A DNA stretch of 64,000 nt. Source: Dicyema japonicum (taxonomy: Eukaryota > Animalia > Dicyemida). This document shows positions 24,348 through 34,774 of this stretch, piece after piece; within the stretch, counting starts at the first letter, position 1, and every line of letters starts with the position of its first letter. The translations under genes and the position numbers were made by a program. The stretch is taken from contig RDEW01000016.1 in the NCBI GenBank assembly GCA_011109175.1, forward strand, positions 947,358 to 1,011,357, written 5' to 3'. The notes beneath the pieces were generated by a model. It was not told the DNA's origin and did no database searches. It saw only the letters and a program-made list of their open reading frames with translations.

Positions 24348-25490
24348 TGTCGCGAGCCACAGACTTACCTTGATAGCTAAAATCAATGTAAATCATTGTC
24401 AAAAAAAAATATTCAATTATTTCAAAGCAAACATTAACTAATTATTGATAATTATCTTTCAAAGCGTTTAGAATGCACCTTCTTCACAATTCCCTCACTA
24501 TCTTTAACATTGACAAAATTGTTAGACAATTTTGCAACAATATTGACAGCATCTCCGTAGGGATGTTCAAACCTTTGCAGACGTAGTGAAGGATTAGTTC
24601 CATAGTCCTTCTGAATTTTTCTGAATACGAACCTTTTAAGTAATTATAAATTATCTCCAATGTTAAATTCATATTTCGATCGATGCACTCCCATCTTTTT
24701 ATTCATCCTTTTATAATAAGGAGAATTCAATTCTACCCGAGGAAAATCAAATCCGATGTTCAGCCAGAAGGCCAATGTAATGTAATTATAGGTTCGCCAT
24801 ATTGTAAAATTATTTTAATTTTTTATTTATTTAACCCAAGAACACCAATAGTTAATTTAATTGTATTAAACTAATTAGGTGATCCCGGTCGCCTCCATCA
24901 GGTCTCTCATCTTTTTTTGGTGGACCTTCCGAGATCCAACACAGCTTCTCTGAGGACGGGAGGGTTTTGAAAGAAAAGCAAGAGGGGTGATGTAAAGTCT
25001 TCTAGTAAGACCCAATCCATTAGAGCATTGTAGGAAGTTGGATTTTCGGCACAGAGCGGCGAATCCCTTCCCATTTTGTCCGATAAGGTCTTCCAGAGAG
25101 GTGGGTGTGAGACTGACTGTTCTCACGAGCTTGCCGATAGTTGTAGCTGATAGGGACTGAATATCACTGATTTTCTGTTTGTTCGTCCAGGATAGGTTGA
25201 TAGACGCACAGGCGTAGCTGATAGATTGCTCAATGAATTGTTTATGTAATAGTTTCAATGCTGGGAAAGGGGTTCTGATGCCACCAAAAATAGAAAAAAA
25301 GATTTTAATAAATAAGTAATAATTTAATAATTATTATTTATATTATCGTAGAATTAATCTTTATATCGGAATATAATAATATAGAAAAAATATAGTATTG
25401 ATTAAATTTTAATTAAAATAACAGTTATGACAGCAGATGACAGCTGTATAGGTAACGTCTGTGGCTCGGTGACTGATGTGGCTCGCGACA
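24348..25490 (-). mobile_element. Ginger-like TIR element remnant with gypsy-type integrase C-terminus
   Basis: Inverted termini TGTCGCGAGCCACAGAC(G)TTACC at 24348-24369 and 25451-25490; internal YYKRMNK..FNIGD...PYG..IVAKLSNNFVNVKD..KKVH ending ~110 bp from the left TIR; no TSD seen. Confidence 0.5.
24850..25290 (-). mobile_element. I/Jockey-like LINE 3' fragment nested in the Ginger-like element
   Basis: LHKQFIEQSISYACAS...ATGIT* plus AT tail. Confidence 0.75.
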
Positions 25491-25499
25491 ATCGTAGAT

Positions 25500-26320
25500 A
25501 TAAAGAACCCGCTATTATACATCTCAACTTACTAAAAGAGCTCCAGGAGAAATCTTACTGATAAAGCAATTCATAGAACAAATACTGAGGAAGCAATTTC
25601 ATGGAACTCTTTTCGAATATCGATGTCAGGGAATTATTTCAGTGGTTATCACATGGGAACAATTCTCCAAGATCAGAAGGATTGTAGTGTCTTATACAAG
25701 ACCGTAATCTGTTCTTCAACAATGCTGGAAAAAAGTGCAATCATTGCAACTCTCCAGGAAAGTATTGATCATTTGGCAACAAGGTGTGGTCGTATGTTTA
25801 TCAGCGATTACCTGAGAAGACATAATGAGGTGGTTAAATACAAACATCTGCACCTGTGTCTTCAATATGGAATTAATAAGATTAAGAAACTCAAGACACA
25901 TTCCGTGCAGTCTATTTTTGTTAACGAGTCTGTAGAGATTAAAGAGGTACAACAATAGCCACGGACAATGAGTGATACAAAATAAAAACCGGACATATTT
26001 GTTGTCGATAGAATTATATATATAAAAACTCTAATGGGGAATCACATCCCAAAAATCGCTAAAGTATGTCGAGAAGGCACACAAGTATGATCTCTTAGCA
26101 AGCGAACTCGGTTAATACACAAAAAAGTATAGAGTGCCAGTTGACTTGGGACTGTCAGCAAATATTACAAGCACCATTTAGAAGCCTTGAAGCTGGAATG
26201 TCCTTAAAAGCCTATGTACAGACTGTCACGATTAAGAAGACAACAGAGAGTATTCTTAATGGTTAAAAAGATTAATTGTGGACGATGATGAGTAGGTAGG
26301 TAAGAGTTACCCCAAAAATA
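25500..26320 (+). mobile_element. R4/Dong-like (RLE) retrotransposon 3' portion
   Basis: ESIDHLATRC, DYLRRHNEV, HLHLCLQYG and KLKTHSVQS, homologous to 42290-42600 and 60190-60450. Confidence 0.8.
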
Positions 26321-27272
26321 TAATATGGGTTGGACACACTAGAAGGTTTTATTTCGACTGACTCTAATGTGGAGATATGGAATAAGAGGGAGTTAATGGC
26401 ACACATTTCTTCGAAAGAAGGAGAGGATTATTTGGCGTTTTTTAAGGTCATGTCTAACATAACTACAGGAAAAAAATAAAAAAAAAGTAAATAAAAATTT
26501 TTGCAAAATACAAGATACTTAAAAAACGCTTTCAAGTTTAAAATTTCGGTGTTTAAATAAATGATGTAGAAGGATATTTATTAGATAGCTGTAATCGTGA
26601 AGAGGAATATGCCGTTTGCCAAATAATCGACGAGTTAGTTCCGGGGTACAATCAGCGACACGATGTTAAAGTACTTTACTCGAGTTATAAAATTTACGAT
26701 AAAAGTATTCAAATATGTCGAGACAACCGGAGCGATAAGCAACAAGTACCTGATCGTCCTTAACAAACTCGGTAGTATTGCCTCGTTTAGAAGCCACTAT
26801 GACAACTAAATGTGATGTTCATTCAGTTGGTCTCCATAGAACTCCTGGGGGAGACACTGCATCAATAAAGTGGCAATAATAAATTAATCAGTTTATGAAA
26901 TGACCTACTTTTTCAATAAAAAAATTAATTCACATATTTCTGTCGATTTTGTCAAAATAACTCACTAACTCGTAGGAAACTATTAAGTGATACGTCTGTC
27001 CCATAGATCTGTCAACTTTGGCGTGTAGACAGACAGTGTACAAGTTCGGGACATTCAAAAAAGTGATTTGCAGTCAACTCATAACAAAAAACACCATTCT
27101 CATCATTCAGATACGTGCGTATGTTAATGAGAGGATACGTCATTTATTTATTTGAGAGGATACGTCATAAGGTGAGAAGGACATTAATTGAACAAGACTA
27201 CACAAAAGTTAAACTAAATAAAAAATAAAAGTACAATGTGTGTTAATTATTTTTAAATGGATTAAATTTAAA

Positions 27273-28027
27273 TTAGTTATTTCGATAATGATTTATTGCT
27301 GTTTTAATGACGCAAATGTCCCTAAGATCTCTGAAATGTTCATTATAGTCTATTCCAAATCCCACGATAAATCTGTCTGGTACACTAAACCCCACATCAG
27401 CTAATAAATTTAAAATGCAAACATTCTGGTGTCCCATTCTGTCCTGTAATTCGTTTTTGGCAGAGAATTGCTAACCTGACTGAATTTGGTTTAAAATCTG
27501 AGATGACTTTAATCAGTTTAGAGAGGGTTAACCCAGTATCGAGTATATCATCGACAATCAAGACGTTCTAACAATTAACAGGAGTCAGTTACATTCTGAT
27601 ATACACATTCAAGGCAATCTTCAAGGGCAATAGTCACGTTTCCTGTAGATTTGTCGTTCTATCAATATAATAACGTTTCTACCGCGTAACTGCTAGCTTT
27701 GATGAATTCTGGTCTGATTTTCACATAATCTGAGTTTGAACAGTCAGAATTCAGCCTTTCAATAGCATCCATAAGAGCATGGAAAAACTTAAAGCCCCTT
27801 TGAGGAGGCACACCATGACTAGTTCCTGCCCTCTTGAATCATTCCAAATTTCCTGTGCCATTGCATCAATTCTTAATAATTGAAAAAGCTACCGATTTAT
27901 AATCACATCGCGGCTAATCATAACACTTTCAATATGATCCGTTAATATTGGGTGAACTCCATTCTTATCTGTGTGAATACATGAGTCGGAGATCTTCAAT
28001 GATTCATAATCAAACCGTAATTGTCAT
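27273..28027 (-). CDS. HPRT1: hypoxanthine-guanine phosphoribosyltransferase, copy 1 (6 exons; one base short at 27795-27798)
   Basis: Introns 27994-28015, 27872-27892, 27659-27682, 27568-27592, 27401-27422; motifs [25 protein letters not shown] (PRPP loop), [20 protein letters not shown]; spliced length 641 nt, i.e. 1 nt short of frame; TAA stop. Confidence 0.93.
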
Positions 28028-28329
28028 TTTATTAATATTTTAGGTCAGTATTTATTAAGAATATTTTTTTAAATTAAATCACAATTTTTTTTAATTTAAA
28101 TAATAAAATAATGATGCCTTAGTATTTTATTCAAAAACTCGAAAGATTAAAAATAAAAATAATAAAAATCAATTTTTGTTATAAGTAAGGCGACTATGCC
28201 ACGTGGCGCCAACGTTTGTGTAGTGGATACTTGAATTGAAGATTTTTTGTTTGTTTCTTGTGTTCCTCCTTTTCTCTTTTGGCTACAGGGAGCTTGAATT
28301 GTTATCGTACGTCATATGATTCACTATTT

Positions 28330-28520
28330 CTTTGGCGCTAGATATAATCATAAATTATATCCAAAAAGGACCATTAGTCAACAACCGTCCAGAGGAGTCC
28401 CCACTGAACGACAACTCCTTTATGTCCGAGCAAGCGTGGACTGCTAAGGGAGGCTGGGATCACCCTAATTTTTTCATTCTGGCAATGACGGTGGTTTCTG
28501 GTCCAATAGATTTAATTTAA
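28330..28520 (+). mobile_element. I/Jockey-like LINE 3' end (GIT family variant)
   Basis: ...LLREAGIT terminus with atcacc/ggtggt stem followed by AT tail. Confidence 0.5.
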
Positions 28521-28598
28521 ATTTAATTAAAAAATTTTTTTGAACCACAGTTTTAGAAGTTTTTAACAATTTTGAAGAACATACGAATTTTTGACTTT

Positions 28599-28811
28599 AT
28601 GGGCAAAATCGGCCTAATTATCACTTTAGTGTTCGTTTTTGCCTCTCACGATAGCAACAGGGATCAACTAGAGAACTTACTGAGTTTTACGGACCTCATG
28701 GATTCTGAGAGTTGCCAGACATCCAAGACTCTTGAAGTTAAAAAAAACTTTTTGCTTATTCCTCAGTCGTCCTACAGCAATCCAAAGGAACCTGAACCTG
28801 TTAATGACTAA
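28599..28811 (+). CDS. hypothetical 70-aa protein with signal-peptide-like N-terminus
   Basis: ATG..TAA ORF MGKIGLIITLVFVFAS... flanked by AT-rich spacers; no recognisable TE or domain motif. Confidence 0.3.
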   Translation: MGKIGLIITLVFVFASHDSNRDQLENLLSFTDLMDSESCQTSKTLEVKKNFLLIPQSSYSNPKEPEPVND

Positions 28812-29219
28812 AATTATAATTTTTTAAATTTTCAACTAGAACCACATGACTATAAAGGAGATCAACAGCTAACTTCACAATCGTACATTTTAAAAGTATA
28901 CATACAAGATAACTATTTATTGCCCCACGATGACTGGGTTATAGGAGAAAAGTCATCAAAGTGATCCAAGACCGACAATGGAGAGCCCAACGCCGGCGAG
29001 AAAGATATGCCAAGGACTGTAGGAGTATTGTCTAGTTAAAGGTTGATAAAATTGTTAATATATTTTTAAATAATTTCAGTCATAAAGAGCCATAAAATAT
29101 CTAACTATCTTGTATTCCTTAACCATAATGTAAAAACCGCATTTTAATGGAAAATTTATGAGTCAATAAATTTGCCATTAAAACATAATTTAATACTATA
29201 ATTAATGACATTTACAGAG

Positions 29220-29620
29220 TTGACCAGTGAACTCCTTAACTTTCTCGGTCTTGATGAACATTTACAAACAATACATAGAACCATGCTTCTCGTACGCGTG
29301 TGCTTCGTGGGGACCTTCATTATCATGGACGAACACTAAGAAAATCGAGGATGTTCAAAAGAAGGCTTTCAGAATGACGGAGCGGTGGTCTTGTGGGAGA
29401 CACAGAACCGGACCGACTACTCTGGAGGCCCTCATTAAACAAAACTCCGGCATGTTGGAAGGTGGCCCTACAAATACAGTCAGTCGCCCAGTACGAGCTT
29501 GTGTGGGTACGAGGGAGGAACACCGGGAAAGAATGAGGATTTTGGCGGAGCGCATCGGAATCACGTGATAGTTAGTTTTGGTTTTACCGTGGTCTTGGGT
29601 GTTAAATAAAATAAAAAACT
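29220..29620 (+). mobile_element. I/Jockey-like LINE 3' fragment
   Basis: IYKQYIEPCFSYACASWGP...AERIGIT* plus AT tail. Confidence 0.75.
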
Positions 29621-30690
29621 CTATAATTAATAAATTGTTACACCAGAGGTTTTCTCTGAGAGATTGAAAGCACAATCTCGTCAAGGTTGGGAGATTCTCA
29701 AAAGCGGCGTTGATTCCGAGAAGGTTTCGGAATTGCCATCATTCAAATGGTTCTCGGTTTATATCCGCTGATGTCTTTTCCTGCTGAGCCAGAGATTTAT
29801 CAAAGATGAGTTTCCAAAGGGGACTTTGGATAGTTATGTAATCGTGAGATCTTCTTGATATTCCGTTTTTGATCAGTTGTTTCGACTTTGTAACAAACTG
29901 TCTTGTCGAGAAATAGTTTCTGTTTTTATTCGATAATATTTGGAAGACCAGCACAAACAATCACGACTAATTAATTTAAGGAAGAAACCCAAGGGAGGAT
30001 GTTTGCTTGTGTCAACCAAATCCATCCTTCAACAGTCCATTACAGGCTTTCGCATCCAAAAAGAGTTAGAGGTCCATCCTCTTCCATTTTCATAAGAAGC
30101 TCAACTGACAGTGACATCACTTCATTCTTCGGGAGAAGATTTTTCATAATGATAATCTTCACCAGTGAAGTTGGTCGGGGAGAAAGTGAAAGGATCTTCC
30201 AACAACTGTGTCGTGTCAGAAGTACTCGTCGACTCGTGGATGTGATCCTGTCGACGAGAATTGACCATTTACTGAAAAGTTCACATTTCGAATTCGAAAC
30301 CACGACAGTCATATCCGATGTCATTGGATGTATGGATTCTGAAAATATCAGCATTGTCGGGGAGGGCTTTTCTTCAGACTGTTCTTGCCTCTTATATAAT
30401 CATGTTGAACCGTTAACCATGATCAATAGAAATGTAACGACGTACTTCTAAGAGCATAACAAACTTAACGACAGATTGACTAAAGATTCCAACTTGCAAG
30501 GTCATAGCTACATAATTGGGAGATTTCTTTGTGACTGAATCGTGTTTAAGATATTCAACAAAGTCAGGTCGTATCCTTTAAAAAATTCCTTAATTCTTGA
30601 CTCAGTAAATAATTATTAGGACGATTGTCATTAGACTCAAGTTCACCTCAATGTCTTTGCAACGAATAAGCGTCTATCGATCATGATCCA
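29600..30690 (-). CDS. probable host gene with micro-introns, structure unresolved
   Basis: Coding-like composition between AT-rich spacers, head-to-head with Ykt6; several candidate 22-32 nt GT-AG introns; C-terminal PTLTRLCFQSLRENL; no single frame could be assembled with confidence. Confidence 0.4.
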
Positions 30691-30854
30691 TGAGAATCGA
30701 TAATATCCTATTAGAAATAATATAAATAAAAAAAATATTTGTTTAATTTAATAAATTAAGAAAATATTTTAATAATATCCATGATCGTTTTTAAACGTAA
30801 TCATTTTTGTTTTCTTGTGGTGAGGACCAAATTAACTTTATAAAAATAAAATAA

Positions 30855-31574
30855 ATGAAATTAATAGCAATATCTATCTTATTCAAACACACAGAAAACG
30901 CAAAAACAGACTGCTTGTCACAGGCAAGCGATCTTGACTCCTTTGGTTACTTTATCCGCTCTTCGTAATCTATATAGTAATTTCTAGAGTTCGTCAGTTC
31001 ATAAACTTTGCCTCTAAGCAAATCACGATGAGAACTCCCTTCAATACCCACCAGACCATCAAAGAAGAGGGTATTTTTTAAAGCTCATGTTGGTAGAGTA
31101 CAACTGTCACGTGTTTGTTCGACCCGACGGACTCTGTGCTGTTGCCGTAACCGATTTAGAGTACCCAGAAAAGATTGCCCACTTTCTGCTGAACAAAGTG
31201 AGACATAATTTCCATTTTAGGTTATGGATGAATTCTCGGCTACTTTTAGGGGCGTTTCATGGAATTCTCCTGCGGATTGGTCCATCGAATATCCTACCTG
31301 ATGGAGTACTTACATAAATATCAGGATCCAAAAGAGGCTGATCCGTTGGTGAAGACCCAACAAGACCTGGATGACATAAAAATCATCATAGTTTGGCCGT
31401 TTTGTGAAAGTAGAAAAATACCATACAATCGATGCTTGAAAGAGGGGAAAAGTTGGACGATTTGGTGACGAAATCAGAACAACTTAATTCACAAGCGAGA
31501 TTCTTTTATACGACGGTCTGTGTTTATGTTTATTGTAGGCGAAAAAGGCTAATCGGTGCTGTAATTTATTCTGA
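30855..31574 (+). CDS. YKT6: longin R-SNARE Ykt6, copy 1 (6 exons; one base short at 31297-31298)
   Basis: Introns 30965-30987, 31071-31096, 31198-31220, 31391-31413, 31516-31538; MKLIAISILFK, FGYFIRSSVRQF, YNCHVFVR, KYQDPKEAD, LERGEKLDDLV, C-terminal CCNLF; spliced length 602 nt, i.e. 1 nt short. Confidence 0.95.
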
Positions 31575-32659
31575 TCCATTCTGCTTGATTACTTTATGAT
31601 TTTTGAATTAATTATTATTTATTTTATTATTTTTAATTTGTTATTTATAATTGTTAATTTAATTTGTATTTTTTAAAATTTGTATATTTCATTGTGGTGT
31701 TATTTATTACATTTTTTTCAATAATAATAATATTAAAAATTACACTTTTAAATAATCTTTTAATAATCTTTTTAAATAAATTACACTTTTTTAATAATCC
31801 CAGAAGTACCTGATGGAAATTTTAACTAATTCCCACATAGAAACCTCCCTCTGTAGTAGGAAAGAAAGGGATTCTTTTTATAACTATCACATATTTGTTA
31901 TATATCGCATGCCACAACGGTTACAGTGGTAATAAGGTCGGTCAGGGCGACTGTATTAACTATTTTTATTTTGTATTATTAATAAAGATAATAAAGGTCA
32001 CTGACCCTGTTAAACAGAATCGGATCTCGGAGAGGAAAACTGATAGAATAGAAAGGAGCTGGCTGATTGAGCGTAATTCCTTGCAAATCGTGAGGGGAAA
32101 TGCGTTATAGATTATGAGAGCAGTCAGTAATTGCTAACTGTTAATTTTTGTCTTTAATTGGTTTAATAAATTTAAAAAAAAGAAGTTAAGTACTATAACG
32201 TTTATTTTAGTGTAACCGTAATGGCATGTGACATAGACCTATTGGGAACCACTCAACTGGATTGGATATATCGAAGAGTTGATAGTGTTTGACATACAAG
32301 TAGGCTTACTACTTTATTATTCTAGAAATCCGGGACATTTATTAATTTTGATAATCAAAATACGGGACTTTCCGAAACAAAAAAAATTTTCATTTTTGAA
32401 CTGAATATACTTTATCTAGAAATTTTTGATTTTTTTCAAAAAATTAATGCACAGCATGTCAATGTTCAATTTGCAACTCAAAACTGTTTTGAGGGTTCTT
32501 CTTTCATTCAGCCTCTTTCTTTTGACCAATTGGAATTCATAGTTGAAAATATTCTTCTACAATATTCTTATCACAATTTCACATTACTAAATAATAAATA
32601 TGATAATCTATGCTAATTAATCCAAGACTTTGAAGGTGTTAACTTCCTTTTCGATTTAC

Positions 32660-32745
32660 TTGAGTATGAGTCCCTGAGACAATCCGGATCCCAAGTGATT
32701 AATCACTGACGACGGTGACGTCACTCGTCAATCCCGTTAAACCAT
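32660..32745 (-). mobile_element. diverged SINE core fragment
   Basis: agacaatcc..cactgacgacggtgacgtcactcgtcaa aligns to the SINE body at 21070-21130; also present at 56520-56605. Confidence 0.5.
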
Positions 32746-33824
32746 ATTATTTTGTATTTTAACAGATTTTGATTAGTTTTTTATATTTGCTGCACCAAAG
32801 ATAGTGTTTACTACTAAACAGAGTGCCCAGGATTTCCCCACTGTATCAAAACTGCTTTTAATTGACATACCAGTAGATGACGACAGACTCACTGTCATTA
32901 TAACCTCATCGTCACACCCAGAAACCATTTAGCATTAACCAAAGCCTCCAAGGTTCAACTGAGCCCTACAAATAGTATGAAGAAATGCGTTTTTTTAATT
33001 TTGAGAGCAGTAGACATTTTTTCCTAGTTGTAACCCCGAAAACTTGTCTCATGGTCCAAGACAACTTTACCTTCCGTGTTAAATGAAGGGTGTTGCCAGA
33101 ATACTAAAAACAGTCCGCAATCTTGATGACTTAAGAAAACCTGCAAAAAAAGGAACCTTGGATGAGACTAGTACAAGGGTAGTTGGGGCAGCACAAAGAA
33201 ACCTTAATTGACTTCTTGCTATTATGTGTCCTTTGCGGTATCGATCATAATGATAACTTTATATTATCAATCTGATTTTTAGTCTAAAAGCGAATTTCTT
33301 GGAGGGAAAATCTTCCCCCAAACATACTACGGGAGAGACCGGCACTTGTCGCATCTCATTTAATAGTTCCCTCTAGTTAGTGAGTTATTCATCCGTAATT
33401 TAAAGTAGCGAGATTAGAACCCGTGAAAATCAGGATTTTGTCAAGCACTCCACTATAATTGAAAGTCATTAACAACTGTTGTCCAAAAATAAAAGGATAT
33501 TTTAAATCTTATTATTTTTCGGTAAATTCCTCAACTAAAAACAAGCTGAGAAACCTATTTCATCAACGGGATGAAAATAAACAGATTCAAAAATTGTATT
33601 TCATTAAAGATTTATTAGAATAAATATTGTCGTTTTTGATTGACAAGTGTCGTTATTGATAGGAAAACCCTATAAATGGAGTCTAAATTTTCTGTTAATA
33701 GAGTTCTTTCTGGAAAAACGACATATTCCTCTTTAAGATTACAGCTATCTAAAAATGTTTTTCTACATCAGTGTTTCTCAATTTTTTTCCGGGGAAATCT
33801 TTTTTTAACAATAAAATGTTATTT

Positions 33825-33925
33825 ATTAACTATGGGAAAGAACGGCTGCTGACATTACGGAGTAAGCGTTTCCGCATACAACTGCAATCCCAATTCGTTG
33901 CCTCAGCAAGACCGCTTCCCACTAA
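33825..33925 (-). mobile_element. short 3' fragment of CRE-like element
   Basis: Homologous to the 3' end at 34895-34990 (..GNAYSV.SAA..PIVNK). Confidence 0.7.
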
Positions 33926-34130
33926 ATCTAGAAAATATTTTCAGGAGACTTTTTATTTTTATATTCAAATTAATTTAATATTGTTATATGAAATATAAAT
34001 TCTTGGTTTTAAATAAAAAATGATTTTAAAACATGAATTCTAATTTTGTAGGGATGTCTGGTTTCTGTAACTGAAAGCCATGCGCTTATCGCCCTTTCCT
34101 CGAAGAAGATTTCCGAAGTAAAATTTCAAC

Positions 34131-34590
34131 AATGGAATTGTCAGGCGAGCTATGGATGCTGCTGGATACTCGGCCATTCTTGAACCGGTCGGGTTATGCA
34201 GAAGTGACGGGAAACGACCGGACGGGATGACCATATTTCCATTTGAGGCCGGGAAACCACTGGTTTGGGATGTGACATGTACAGACACGTTCGCCCAGAA
34301 AAATCTTCACGAGAGTGCTACAAGGGCCTGTTTAGCATCCGTAAAGGCGGAGAAGGCCAAACTCGTTAAATACGTCGACCTTCCCGATGATGTCAAATTT
34401 GTTCCCCTTGCTGTGGAGACTTCCGGATCCTACTCCCCCTCTATACTCGAGTTTTTCGGACGTTTTTGAAACCGGATCACCTCATGCACTGGAGATCTCC
34501 GTGTACGCCGCTGGCTATTTGAGCGAATTTCGCTCGCAATTTTGAGAGGGAACAGCCACGCAGTGAGGACGGCAACTACCTGACTTCTAT
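34131..34590 (+). mobile_element. CRE-like retrotransposon 3' fragment (RLE domain), unit 1 only
   Basis: LEPVGLCRSDGKRPDGMTIFPF...VWDVTC...AEKAKLVKY...FVPLAVETSG...ISLAILRGN. Confidence 0.88.
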
Positions 34591-34774
34591 CTATAACTTA
34601 AAATTAACAAGAAATATGTTTTTACTTACTAATTTTATTACTAATCTACCTTCCGTCATAAATCTAATTAAAATAGTGAAAATGTCAGCAAAAAAAACGA
34701 TTTGGTTTAAATTTAGGGGATTTAAGCATTTATGAGAAATGTGATCTCCACACTTTTTCAAAAAATTGAAAATA

